NCBI GenBank assembly: GCA_963763775.1
Contig: CAVXPZ010000004.1
Span: forward strand, 288,001 to 352,000
Source: an uncultured Chloroflexia bacterium
GTDB taxonomy: Bacteria > Chloroflexota > Limnocylindria > Limnocylindrales > CSP1-4
DNA length: 64,000 bases
Direction of reading: 5' to 3'
Shown here: in pieces, positions 30,791 to 39,834 of the stretch
Numbering within the stretch: the stretch's first letter is position 1
Layout of the letters: the number at the start of each line of letters is the position of its first letter
Translations under genes and position numbers: made by a program
Notes under the pieces: generated by a model
What the model was told of the DNA's origin: nothing
The model's database searches: none
The model's input: only the letters and a program-made list of their open reading frames with translations

Positions 30791-31171
30791 TCAGGCGGCG
30801 AGATCGTCCGCGATGACCTCGATCATCGGCGCGTAGGCGGTCATGGTCGCGGGATCCTGGTTCCGCCACGCGTGCGTGCTGATCCACTCCGCGAGCCACT
30901 GCCGCTCGACGGGATCCGTGATGACCCTGGCCGTCGCCGGGACGTCGGCCACGACCGGACCCTTCAGATGGACGACCACTCGCGGATCCGCCTCGAGATT
31001 GAGGAGCCACGCTCGCTTGCGGTCGGCCCGAGGCATGCCCGAGATGTAGATCCGGCCATCGATCACGTGGTCGACGATCTCGATGCGCCTCGGCTGACCC
31101 GTCTTGCGGCCGATGGTGGTGATGTCGATCGTCTGCCCGTGCCGCAATGCGCGGCTGACCTGTTCGTCCAT
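30791..31171 (-). CDS. F420-dependent nitroreductase/DUF385-like protein
   Basis: DITTIGRKTGQPRRIEI, WLLNLEADP. Confidence 0.8.
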   Translation of the reverse strand: MDEQVSRALRHGQTIDITTIGRKTGQPRRIEIVDHVIDGRIYISGMPRADRKRAWLLNLEADPRVVVHLKGPVVADVPATARVITDPVERQWLAEWISTHAWRNQDPATMTAYAPMIEVIADDLAA

Positions 31172-31203
31172 GGCGGGGGTCGTGCTCCTCGTCCGCTGTT
31201 TGG

Positions 31204-31221
31204 TAGTTGCGAGAGCAACTA
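31204..31221. promoter_or_regulatory. Palindromic operator (MarR-like)
   Basis: Perfect inverted repeat TAGTTGC-GAGA-GCAACTA upstream of the 31171 gene. Confidence 0.6.
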
Positions 31222-31278
31222 GCCTACGTCGGACGCCGCGGTCGCGCAAACACCGGGTAGCGCCTGCTCGGGCGGGAC

Positions 31279-31854
31279 TCAGCCCTTGGCGGTCTTCGCC
31301 GCCTTCGCCTCGGCCTTTCGTGCGCGCTTGCCGGCCTGGTACGCGGCCAGCGACTCCGGCGAGTCGACATCGGCCAGCGTCGGGTTCGTGGTCACGACCG
31401 CCTCCCAGCCGGTCGGGTGGACGCCGAACCGTTTGGTCAGGATCGCGACCAGGGTCTTCGCCTTCATGTCGCCGATGCCGGGCAGACCGAGCAGGCGCGC
31501 CTCGAGATCCTTGCCGGTCGCGGCCTCCGACCACACTCGGCCGGCGTCGTTGCCGTACTCGTCGGCGATCGCCCGGCACAGGTCCTGGACGCGCGTCGCC
31601 ATCGCGCCAGGGAACCGGTGGAGCGCCGGCGGCTTGCGGAACACGGCGTCGAGGTCGGCCGGTTCCATGCCGGCGATCTTCGCGGCATCGAGATGCCCGA
31701 GCCGTCGCTGGAGCTCGAGCGGGCCGCTGAACGCCTTCTGGACGGTCACCTGCTGGTCGAGCTCGAAGCCGATGAGCAGGGCGAGCGGGTCGGTCGCGAG
31801 GAGGCGGTCCGCCTCGTCGTCACCGGTGAACGGCAGTCGGTCGATGGTGGTCAT
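31279..31854 (-). CDS. HhH-GPD-type base excision repair protein
   Basis: DPLALLIGFELDQQ, PALHRFPGAMA, LPGIGDMKAK. Confidence 0.9.
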   Translation of the reverse strand: MTTIDRLPFTGDDEADRLLATDPLALLIGFELDQQVTVQKAFSGPLELQRRLGHLDAAKIAGMEPADLDAVFRKPPALHRFPGAMATRVQDLCRAIADEYGNDAGRVWSEAATGKDLEARLLGLPGIGDMKAKTLVAILTKRFGVHPTGWEAVVTTNPTLADVDSPESLAAYQAGKRARKAEAKAAKTAKG

Positions 31855-31890
31855 GGCGGCATGGTAGCCCGCGCTGCTACCCTCCGGACG

Positions 31891-33141
31891 ATGGCCCTCG
31901 ACCCCCGCCGCCCTCGCCTCATCGCCGCACGCCACCTCCTCGATGTCGCGACCGGGTCGTGGCTCGACGACCGTCGGATCCTCGTCGCGGCGGATCGGAT
32001 CGAGGCGGTCCTCGGACCCGGCGATCCGGTGCCCGACGACGCCCTGCCGATCACCGTTCGCGGCGACTGGGTCGTCCCGGGTCTCATCGACTGCCACAGC
32101 CACCAGATCGGCGAGATGGAATACGCGGGCATCCCGGCGATCGACGCCTCCCCCGCGCAGGAGGCGATGAGCGGCGTCCGCAACGCCCGCGACACGCTCC
32201 GAGCCGGGTTCACGACGGTGCGCGATGTCGGCACGTTCTGGGCGTTCGTCGACGTGGCGCTGCGAGATGCCATCGACGCCGGCTGGACGCCCGGACCCCG
32301 GATGCAGTGCGCGGGCGCCTACATCACGTGCCCGGGCGGCGGCGGCGAGGTCACGGGCGACGCCCCGTCGATGCGTCTGCCGGACGGGCTCCGGTTCGGC
32401 GTGGTCCGCGATGCGGACGAGGTCCGCGCCAGGGTCCGGGCACTGGTCGCCGGCGGCGCCGACGTCATCAAGTGCATCGTCACGGGCGCGGTCCTCACGC
32501 GCGGCACCGACCCGGATGCCGTGGAACTCGCCGAACCGCTGGTCCGTGCCGCCGTCGAGGAAGCCGCGGCGCATGGCCGGTTCGTGGCCGCCCACGCCCA
32601 CGGCACCGAGGGGATCAAGGTCGCGATCCGCGCCGGCGTCCGGTCGATCGAGCACGGGTCGCTCATCGACGACGAGGGGATCGCGATGCTCGCCGACACG
32701 GGGACCTACTGGGTTGCCGACGTCTATGACGGCGACTGGATCGCCGAGGAAGGCCGCCGGTCGGGTTGGCCAGCCGAGACGATGGCGAAGAACGAGGCGA
32801 CCACCCAGGCCCAGCGCGACGGGTTCTCGAAGGCCGTGGCCGCGGGCGTCCGGCTCGCCTACGGCACCGACAGCGGCGTCTACCCGCACCGGATGGTCGC
32901 GATCCAGCTCGGCTACCAGGTCCGGTTGGGTCAGACGCCCGCGGAAGCGATCCGCTCCGCGACCCTGACCGCGGCGGAGTGCCTCGGCTGGGACGACCGC
33001 GTCGGATCGTTCTCGCCGGGCCGCTTCGCGGACCTCGTCACCGTCGACGCGGACCCGCTGACCGACATCGAGGTCCTGCGCCGGCCGACGGCGGTCATGA
33101 AGGGCGGCGAGCTGGTGGACCTGGGAGCGGTCAGCGACTGA
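31891..33141 (+). CDS. Amidohydrolase (Xaa-Pro dipeptidase-like)
   Basis: PGLIDCHSH, GFTTVRDVG, AAHAHG, SIEHG, YGTDSG. Confidence 0.92.
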   Translation: MALDPRRPRLIAARHLLDVATGSWLDDRRILVAADRIEAVLGPGDPVPDDALPITVRGDWVVPGLIDCHSHQIGEMEYAGIPAIDASPAQEAMSGVRNARDTLRAGFTTVRDVGTFWAFVDVALRDAIDAGWTPGPRMQCAGAYITCPGGGGEVTGDAPSMRLPDGLRFGVVRDADEVRARVRALVAGGADVIKCIVTGAVLTRGTDPDAVELAEPLVRAAVEEAAAHGRFVAAHAHGTEGIKVAIRAGVRSIEHGSLIDDEGIAMLADTGTYWVADVYDGDWIAEEGRRSGWPAETMAKNEATTQAQRDGFSKAVAAGVRLAYGTDSGVYPHRMVAIQLGYQVRLGQTPAEAIRSATLTAAECLGWDDRVGSFSPGRFADLVTVDADPLTDIEVLRRPTAVMKGGELVDLGAVSD

Positions 33142-33400
33142 CCGCCGATCGGCGACCGGACCGCGAGCCCGTCCGGGATGGGCCGGGGATCATCGCGGAT
33201 CCGAGCGCGATCAGCCCACGACCCAGTCGAAACCGCACCCGCAGCACCGGCCCGACGTGGACCCCGGCGGCTGAGCCATCCGGACCGTCCACCGTCCGGA
33301 CGCGGTGGCGCTCGTCGTGGAAGCCCGCGATCCGATCGCTGACGGTCTCGAAGGGCAGGTCGAACGTCGAACGGGCTGGTTCCGGGGACAGGCAGGACAT
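33131..33400 (-). CDS. Hypothetical small protein
   Basis: GAGGAG RBS and ATG at 33400; no recognisable family. Confidence 0.4.
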   Translation of the reverse strand: MSCLSPEPARSTFDLPFETVSDRIAGFHDERHRVRTVDGPDGSAAGVHVGPVLRVRFRLGRGLIALGSAMIPGPSRTGSRSGRRSAVSR

Positions 33401-33467
33401 CAGGGCACTCCTCACGTGGTGGCCGGGGCGTCGAGTCGGCGCTGGACGCGGGACGAGACGGACTCGT

Positions 33468-33872
33468 TCATTCGATCGCGATCCGGACGCCGTCGCCGTC
33501 GTCGTCGATCTGGACGATCGGGCCCTTGAAGCCCGACGCGAGGGCCGCGCGGATGCGGTCGGCCATCGACTCCGTCAGGCCCGGGATGCTGTCGATCGCG
33601 GCCCGGCCCAGCGCGAGCGGGACACGCAGGTTCACGACCTGGCGGCCCTCATCGCTGATCTCGATCCGGATGGCGCGCGCGGGGGCGTCGTCGGAGGACG
33701 CCTTCGACGCCCCCTCGAACGCGCGCTGGTCGGAGTCGGTGTCATAGGGGGCGGCCGCCTCGGCGGCGGCCGACCGGCCATCGAGGGCATCGAGGATCGG
33801 GCCGGCCTCCTCGGCCGTGAGGCGACCCTCGGCCACGAGGCGGAGGACCTGGTCGAGCGCGTCGTCAGGCAT
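33468..33872 (-). CDS. SHOCT-like domain protein
   Basis: VLRLVAEGRLTAEEA...VNLRVPL...GPIVQIDD. Confidence 0.8.
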   Translation of the reverse strand: MPDDALDQVLRLVAEGRLTAEEAGPILDALDGRSAAAEAAAPYDTDSDQRAFEGASKASSDDAPARAIRIEISDEGRQVVNLRVPLALGRAAIDSIPGLTESMADRIRAALASGFKGPIVQIDDDGDGVRIAIE

Positions 33873-34953
33873 CGGTCGAGTCCTCGGCGGGCGCCGCGAT
33901 GACGCCATCGGAACCGGGATCTGGATCGGCCGTCGCGGCCGTCGCCTCGGCCGGGATGTCCGCATCGAGGGAGGCGTCCCCATCGAGTCCGTCCAGCCGA
34001 CGCGTGGCCTCGTCGATGTCGATCTCGCCACGCTCGAGGGCGCGGAGGATGGACAGTCGCGCGGCTTCGGTCGGGTCCGCATCCGCGGCCACGTCATCGC
34101 TGACGGAGACCGCGGCCTCGCCACCATCGGCGTCGGCGGACGGTCCGGGGGCCGATATCAGGGCCTCGGGATCGGCATCGGGGCGAACGACCGGCGACGG
34201 TCGGACGAGCCGTACGTCGCCCGACGTGGACCGAACGTTCAAGGTGGGTCCGCCACGCCCGATCGTCACCGACCGGTGCCCGCGACCGCCGTCGGATCGG
34301 CCGTCCACCTCGGAGCGGAGGTCGCCCGTCACCGATCGCAGCTCCACGCGGACGTCGCCCGCGAGCGCGAGCAGCGCGTCGCCGCTCACGGTCTCGATGG
34401 AGAACGGTCCCGGGCCGGCAAGACGGCCGGCGATACGCAGGTCACCGCTGGTCGTGGACGCCCGGAGCGACGCGATGGTCGCGGCCCGCAAGGCGAGGTC
34501 GCCCGAGACGGTCCGGGCCTGCAGGAACGCATCGTCGACGACCGTCGCCTCGACGTCGCCGGACACCGCCTCGATCGTGAGGCGTCCAGCCACGCCGCGC
34601 AGCCGGACGTCGCCGGATGCCGTGCGGTATCGCTGCTCCCCGAGCAACCCCTCGACGACGATCTTGCCGCTCGCGGACTCGACGACCACGCTGGCCGATG
34701 CCGGGACGTCGATCTCGAGGTCGACCGAGCCACGACGGGATCCACCCGTGAACGGGTCGACGCCCGTACTGACGGCGAGGCTGCCGTCGCCCTTTTCGAT
34801 CTGGAGCGCCGAGCCGGTCTCGCCGTTGCCGTGGATCCGGACGGTGGTGCCCTCGACGCCCCGCAGTCGCACGGCGCCATGCCGAGTGCGGACGGAGACG
34901 ACGCCCCTCGCGCCGATGTCGTGGGCGAGCTCGATGGGGCTGGCCGCGGTCAT
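33865..34953 (-). CDS. DUF4097 beta-strand repeat protein with C-terminal SHOCT-like motif
   Basis: Repeated TxSGD motifs; ILRALERGEIDIDEA. Confidence 0.88.
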   Translation of the reverse strand: MTAASPIELAHDIGARGVVSVRTRHGAVRLRGVEGTTVRIHGNGETGSALQIEKGDGSLAVSTGVDPFTGGSRRGSVDLEIDVPASASVVVESASGKIVVEGLLGEQRYRTASGDVRLRGVAGRLTIEAVSGDVEATVVDDAFLQARTVSGDLALRAATIASLRASTTSGDLRIAGRLAGPGPFSIETVSGDALLALAGDVRVELRSVTGDLRSEVDGRSDGGRGHRSVTIGRGGPTLNVRSTSGDVRLVRPSPVVRPDADPEALISAPGPSADADGGEAAVSVSDDVAADADPTEAARLSILRALERGEIDIDEATRRLDGLDGDASLDADIPAEATAATADPDPGSDGVIAAPAEDSTDA

Positions 34954-35366
34954 CGTCGGGACCTCCCGAGCGCGCGGATCGCGGTGGCCGCGTCCTCGGC
35001 GCTCATCTCGTGACGGGCCAGCATCCCGAGGATCTCCTCGCGAGATTCCGGCGCGTTCGTGACCACGGTCGGGTCGTCGATCTCATCGGCGTCGGCGCGC
35101 GCTCCGAACCCGAGGGCTCGGACCAGGGCCTCGACGCGGGACCGGACCGTGGGATAGCTGATGCCGAGCTCGCGCTCCATCTCGCGGAGGTTGCCCCGCG
35201 ATCGCAGGAAGCTCTCGAGCAGCGCCAGCTGCTCGCGGTTCAGGCGGCCGAACCGGCCGACGCTGAAGTCGCCTTCCAGCGCGGTCCCGCAACTCCGGCA
35301 GTGCAGACGTGTGACGGAGAGCTCGCCGGCGCACACCGGACAGGTGGAGATGACGTCGTGTGCCAT
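34950..35366 (-). CDS. DUF2089 family zinc-ribbon/HTH protein
   Basis: CPVC...CRSCGT..EGDF, GNLREMERELGISYPTVRSR. Confidence 0.92.
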   Translation of the reverse strand: MAHDVISTCPVCAGELSVTRLHCRSCGTALEGDFSVGRFGRLNREQLALLESFLRSRGNLREMERELGISYPTVRSRVEALVRALGFGARADADEIDDPTVVTNAPESREEILGMLARHEMSAEDAATAIRALGRSRR

Positions 35367-35403
35367 AAGGTCGGTCCTTCGGTTCCTCGTGCGTGTGGCA
35401 CCT

Positions 35404-35450
35404 GTTGTAATACACGCCTTTCACTTTGTCAATATCCAACATCACTTTGT
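35404..35450 (-). promoter_or_regulatory. Sigma70-type promoter of the DUF2089 operon with a direct-repeat site
   Basis: Minus strand TTGACA (35432-35427), 17 nt, TACAAC. TCACTTTGT is repeated at 35421 and 35442. Confidence 0.65.
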
Positions 35451-35643
35451 GGCATGTCGCACCGGTGCAACGGCAACAGCGCCGTTCGCGCATCGTCAAC
35501 CGTCCATCCCGGGTCGGGAGCGTTTGCCGGGGCGACGAACCGGCCTTCGTCCGCTGGTCCGGATCGGGCCGTCGGCGAGACTGCTGGACATCGGGGTGAC
35601 CGGATGCGTCACCCAGGTGCAGGACCGGAAAGGAGACGAACCG

Positions 35644-35763
35644 ATGTCCGCTCACCAGCAGATCGTCCGGGCAGACCCACTCGGCGCCGTGCCGGCCGCC
35701 CTGGTCGTGATCATGGCCATCCTCGCGATGCTCGGCGTCATCGCCCACGCGGCAGTCCTCTAA
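35644..35763 (+). CDS. 39-aa single-TM small protein
   Basis: GAAAGGAGA RBS; MSAHQQIVRADPLGAVPAALVVIMAILAMLGVIAHAAVL*. Confidence 0.65.
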   Translation: MSAHQQIVRADPLGAVPAALVVIMAILAMLGVIAHAAVL

Positions 35764-35900
35764 GGGCTCGCCCTCGTCGACGCCGACGCTCCTCAGCTCT
35801 TCCCGGCCCCGGCAGGACGTCAGCCCTGACCGGGGCCTCCGTTCGCCCTGGGCGAGCTCGAGCGACGGCCGCAGCGGGGCGCTCATCGGATCGCCGTCCG

Positions 35901-36357
35901 CCGTGTCTCTGCTCGAGCGCGGGCGTTCGTCGGATCCCGCGCGCAGTCACCAGGTGCGTGCAATGCCAGTCAGGCGGTGCGGGATCCCTGAAGCGCGCCT
36001 CGAACTCCCGGCGCTCAGTCACCTGGTGACTGGTGGCACGTCGATCGGGCGTTTGAGACGTCGCTGGCTGCCCGGCGGCGTGGATAGGAGTCACCCCATG
36101 ACTGCGGCGCCGGCTCGGGTCACATCGTCCGGCGTGCTGGCGCGCGGCGAGGTGGAACAGCCGAGGCCCGCCGGCCCGGGTCGACCTGAACGGCCTTCTT
36201 CCGGTTCAGTCACCAGACGGGGCCTGTGTGCGCGGCTCCGGCGGATCTCGCGCTGCCGAGTCCTGGGGTGACTACGCAGCAGGCGAATCGACCCGATCTG
36301 GCCTTGGGAGCCTCCACAGGGGTCGACTGGTGACTGCGCGAGAAGGACGAGACACGG
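35901..36357. repeat. Array B of degenerate 15-bp palindromes (AGTCACC-N-GGTGACT) bounded by inverted repeats
   Basis: Units at 35945, 36017, 36089, 36208, 36259 and 36321. Inverted repeats CCGTGTCTC/GAGACACGG and CGCGCAGTCACCAG/CTGGTGACTGCGCG. Confidence 0.7.
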
Positions 36358-36371
36358 GCAGCGCGGACCGT

Positions 36372-36404
36372 GGATCCGAGGGCGGCCGCGGATCCGAGGG
36401 CGGC
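36372..36404. repeat. Short tandem duplication
   Basis: GGATCCGAGGGCGGC at 36372 and 36390 (18-bp period). Confidence 0.7.
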
Positions 36405-36430
36405 GCGCCCGGCCGTCGCGGACCAGGGGC

Positions 36431-36480
36431 TTGACACGCCGCCATTCACCGCCTACCGTCCGTTCAACAACTATTGAACG
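36431..36480 (+). promoter_or_regulatory. Sigma70 promoter with palindromic operator
   Basis: TTGACA (36431), 17 nt, TACCGT (36454); CGTTCAA-N6-TTGAACG at 36461-36480 covers the predicted start site. Confidence 0.75.
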
Positions 36481-36491
36481 ATGGTGACGAA

Positions 36492-37142
36492 GTGAACGCC
36501 GAACACGTGATGAACCCGAGCGAGACCCCGGCCGATCTCGGGCCGGAACCCATCCCCGAACTCCGCATCACCGACGTCGAGACGATCAAGGCCCTGTCCG
36601 ACCCGCTCCGGCTCCGGATCCTCGAGATCATGACCGCCGGCCAGGCCGAGACCTTCACCGTCAAGCGCCTGGCGGGCATGCTCGGCGTCAACCCGACCAA
36701 GCTCTACCACCACATCAACCTGCTCGCCGACCGGGGCCTGATCAACCCGGCCGGCCAGCGTGTCGTCTCCGGGATCATCGAGACGAGCTATCGAATCGCG
36801 CAGCTCAAGATCAACCTCGATCGATCCCTGCTGGCCAACGACAGCCCCGAACTGCACGACGTCCTCGTGACCGTCTTCGACGGCGCGCGGGACGACATCG
36901 AGCGCGGACTCCGGTCCGGCGCCATCGGCCTGTCCGAGGACGCCGAGCCGATCACCAGGCTGCTCCTCTCCAAGGGCATCGCCCGACTCTCCGCCGACCG
37001 GGCGGTGGAATTCCGGACCCGGATCATCGAGCTCTTCGAGGAGTTCGACACGGACCAGCTCGACGCCGAGGCCAGGCCCTATGGGCTCGTCTTCGGCTTC
37101 TATCCGATGCCGGACCTGGCATCGGCGGAGGATGACGAATGA
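36492..37142 (+). CDS. ArsR-like winged-HTH transcriptional regulator
   Basis: IKALSDPLRLRIL...TVKRLA...KLYHHINLL. Start could be 36492 or 36510. Confidence 0.88.
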   Translation: MNAEHVMNPSETPADLGPEPIPELRITDVETIKALSDPLRLRILEIMTAGQAETFTVKRLAGMLGVNPTKLYHHINLLADRGLINPAGQRVVSGIIETSYRIAQLKINLDRSLLANDSPELHDVLVTVFDGARDDIERGLRSGAIGLSEDAEPITRLLLSKGIARLSADRAVEFRTRIIELFEEFDTDQLDAEARPYGLVFGFYPMPDLASAEDDE

Positions 37143-38470
37143 CCGACCAGCCGGCCGCCGCGGCGATGAACGTGCGCGGCGTGCTCCGACTCCCCGACTT
37201 CCGACGCCTGTGGGGCGCCCAGGCGATCTCCGACGTCGGCGACGGCCTGACGATGCTGACGCTGATGCTCGTCGTCAACCAGCTGACGCACTCGACCCTG
37301 GCGCTCGCGGCCGTCGCGATCGCCCTGGCGATCCCGCCGCTCACGATCGGCATCGTGGCGGGCTCCTACGTGGACCGCTGGGACCGTCGTCGGATCATGA
37401 TCGTGGCCGACGCGTCGCGGGCCGTCATCGTGCTCGGCTTCGTGCTCGCCGCCCGGGCGGAGATGATCCCGCTGGTCATCGTCCTCGGCTTCGTGCAGTC
37501 GTCGATCGGCACGTTCTTCAGCCCGGCACGCGGGGCGCTCGTCCCGCGAGTCGTCCCCGCCGAGGGTCTCCTTGCGGCCAACTCGATCACCCAGGCGACC
37601 CGGGTGATCGCCGGTGTCCTCGGCAGCGCGATGGCCGGGATCATCGTCGGCGTCGCGGGCATGACCTGGCCGGCCTTCGTCATCGATGCCGCCACGTTCG
37701 CCATCTCGGCGCTCATCATCCTCCGGGTGACCCCCGCGCTCGGGCGCCCGACCGCCAGGGAGCGGCAGGCGGTCGGCAGTGTCGGAGCCTCCGTGATGGA
37801 GGGCCTGCGGTTCGTCGCCGGCTCACGTCTCCTCGGCACGACGCTTCTCGCGCTGACCGTGGTGATGCTCGGCCTCGGCGCCATCAACGTCCTGTTCCTG
37901 CCGCTCATCGTCAACGTCCTCCAGGTCAACCCGGCCTGGCTCGGGGCGGTCGACCTCGCCCAGAGCGCGTCCATGATCCTGTCCGCCGGCCTCGTGGCGG
38001 TCCTTGCCGCGCGCATCCGGCCGACGACGCTCGTCACGGTCTCGATCCTCGGCGTCGCCGTGCTGATCGGGCTCGTCGGCGCCACGACCCATGTCGCGCA
38101 GGTCCTTCTGCTCCTCTTCGGGATCGGCTGGTTCGTCACCCCGGTGCAGGCCGCCGTGGTCACGATCTTCCAGACCGGGGTCCCGGACGAGAAGCGCGGA
38201 CGCGCGATGGCCACGCTCCAGGCGGCGATGTCCGGCGCGAGCGTCGCCTCGATGGCGCTCGCCGGGATCTTCGGGGAGCTGGTGGGCGTTCGGACCGTCT
38301 TCTTCCTGGGGGCCCTGGTCGTCGCCACCGGTGGCATCGCGGCCGCGTTCCTCTATCGCGGCCTGCCGAAGGACACGGCCGAGACGGCCCCCGACGGCAC
38401 GCAGGCCGACGGTGCCGTGGACGAGCGGTCGGACGGCCCGATCGACCTGGGCGAGGGCGCCACCGCCTGA
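37139..38470 (+). CDS. MFS transporter (DHA3/MFS_3-like)
   Basis: FRRLWGAQAISDVGD, GSYVDRWDRRRIM, RGRA. Confidence 0.9.
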   Translation: MTDQPAAAAMNVRGVLRLPDFRRLWGAQAISDVGDGLTMLTLMLVVNQLTHSTLALAAVAIALAIPPLTIGIVAGSYVDRWDRRRIMIVADASRAVIVLGFVLAARAEMIPLVIVLGFVQSSIGTFFSPARGALVPRVVPAEGLLAANSITQATRVIAGVLGSAMAGIIVGVAGMTWPAFVIDAATFAISALIILRVTPALGRPTARERQAVGSVGASVMEGLRFVAGSRLLGTTLLALTVVMLGLGAINVLFLPLIVNVLQVNPAWLGAVDLAQSASMILSAGLVAVLAARIRPTTLVTVSILGVAVLIGLVGATTHVAQVLLLLFGIGWFVTPVQAAVVTIFQTGVPDEKRGRAMATLQAAMSGASVASMALAGIFGELVGVRTVFFLGALVVATGGIAAAFLYRGLPKDTAETAPDGTQADGAVDERSDGPIDLGEGATA

Positions 38471-38521
38471 CCCGGCGACCGCGCCACGTTCGGGCCCCGA
38501 GACGGCCCTCGGAACAAACCA

Positions 38522-38549
38522 GAAGCCCGGCGTCGAGACGCCGGGCTTC
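38522..38549. terminator. Bidirectional terminator-like hairpin
   Basis: Perfect stem GAAGCCCGGCGTC-GA-GACGCCGGGCTTC between convergent genes. Confidence 0.7.
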
Positions 38550-38576
38550 GTCGTGGGCCGATGCGTGCGGCCGAGG

Positions 38577-39422
38577 TCAGCTGCCGGCGCGCACCTGGCT
38601 GGCGGTCACGGTCAGCTTGCCGATCACGGAGTGGTAGTACCGACTCGCCGCGTACGGGTCCATCCAGGCCGTCGTCCCGGGCGTCCGGCTCGACGCGAAC
38701 TTGAAGTCGCGGGTCCCGGTCCAGGCGGGATCGACCCGGAAGATCTCGCCGATCGTCTTGTTCGACAGGATGAGCGACTTGATGATCGTCGAGATGCTGT
38801 CGATGCCGTTGGCGAAGACGGCGCTCGCCCCGGCGCGGAGGAAGCCGGCGCCGTAGTTGTCGACGCGCTTCTTCGCGGTGGTCTTCGTCGGATTGGCCCG
38901 GCCCCACTCCGAGTCACCCGAGGCGTAGCAGAGGCGGTTCAGGATGAAGACCGCGTTCTTCTGCACCTTGAGCGTCTTGACGTAGTCCTCGCCGTAGTAC
39001 TTGGTGTTGTTGTTCCCCTTCGCGGCAAGCGCGTTCAGACCGAACCCGTCCTTTCGGTCCGAGTAGAAGGCGCCGTACGGGCTGGGATGGCCGTTGCCGT
39101 GCCCGAGGTAGATCACGATGTTCGCCCCGACCGCCGCGGCCTTGACCTTGGCCCACGTCGCGTTGGGGGTGTAGACCTCTTTGACGGTGGCCCCGTAGGA
39201 GCGGGCCTGCGCGGCGTAGCGCTTGGCGTTCGAGAGGTAGTTCGCGGTGCTGGAGCCGACCGGGCCGACGATCACGACCACCTTGACCGAGGCGGCGGAG
39301 GCTGGGGTCGGGTCCACCGCGAGGCCGCCGAAGGCGACGACCGCGGCGAGGATGGGCAGGACCGACAGGCGGAGCCATCGGCTGGAAGACGCCCGCTGGG
39401 CGCCGTTGTCGTGGACCTGCAA
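38577..39422 (-). CDS. Secreted basic hypothetical protein
   Basis: GGAGGAGG RBS plus TTG; signal peptide; KVVVIVGP...IYLGHGNG...LNRLCYASG (a His/Cys pair that may be peptidase-like). Confidence 0.75.
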   Translation of the reverse strand: MQVHDNGAQRASSSRWLRLSVLPILAAVVAFGGLAVDPTPASAASVKVVVIVGPVGSSTANYLSNAKRYAAQARSYGATVKEVYTPNATWAKVKAAAVGANIVIYLGHGNGHPSPYGAFYSDRKDGFGLNALAAKGNNNTKYYGEDYVKTLKVQKNAVFILNRLCYASGDSEWGRANPTKTTAKKRVDNYGAGFLRAGASAVFANGIDSISTIIKSLILSNKTIGEIFRVDPAWTGTRDFKFASSRTPGTTAWMDPYAASRYYHSVIGKLTVTASQVRAGS

Positions 39423-39834
39423 CGCTCTTGCCTCCTCCCTGCCGGAACACCGCGCGGGGGCGCGGCGACGGTGGGTGTTGCCGCCGGCGACAGGAGGGTG
39501 CGGACGACCGACTCGTTCGCGAGGGCGTGGATCGGGTGAGCCGATCCGGGGCCGTCGGGTGGGGGTTCCCGACGAGGTGACAGGGTCCTGCCGTGGGGGG
39601 CGGCGGTCTTCGATTGTGCCTGTCTGTGGGCTCTGGCCTTGGGGGCTCACCACGAAGTATGCCAGTCCGGGAGGCTGCCTGCCGAGGACGACCTTCGGGT
39701 CGTCGGAGCCAGCCGAACGGGCTGCGCACGGGCGCACCACCGGTTTTGGGCTATGCTCGCGACGCCCGGGCGTCTCCGGGCCACGGCCCACACCGCCGTG
39801 ACGTGCCCCCAAGATCCCGCCCAGGAGCCCCCGC

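Noticed and set aside
35901-36357. CRISPR array interpretation of arrays A and B
   Set aside because: Units are only 15 bp, degenerate and variably spaced, with no leader and no cas genes in the window.
36249-36365. 6S RNA or SRP RNA (rod-like pairing CGCGCTGCC/GGCAGCGCG, TCGACCC/GGGTCGA)
   Set aside because: No SRP helix-8 signature and no recognisable 6S central bubble. The pairing may be real but cannot be assigned without a covariance search.
39500-39750. c-di-AMP (ydaO) riboswitch upstream of the secreted protein
   Set aside because: The hallmark segments (GGGGGAACC..GGGGTGAA..AACCCGTCAGCT) are not present in order on the coding strand.
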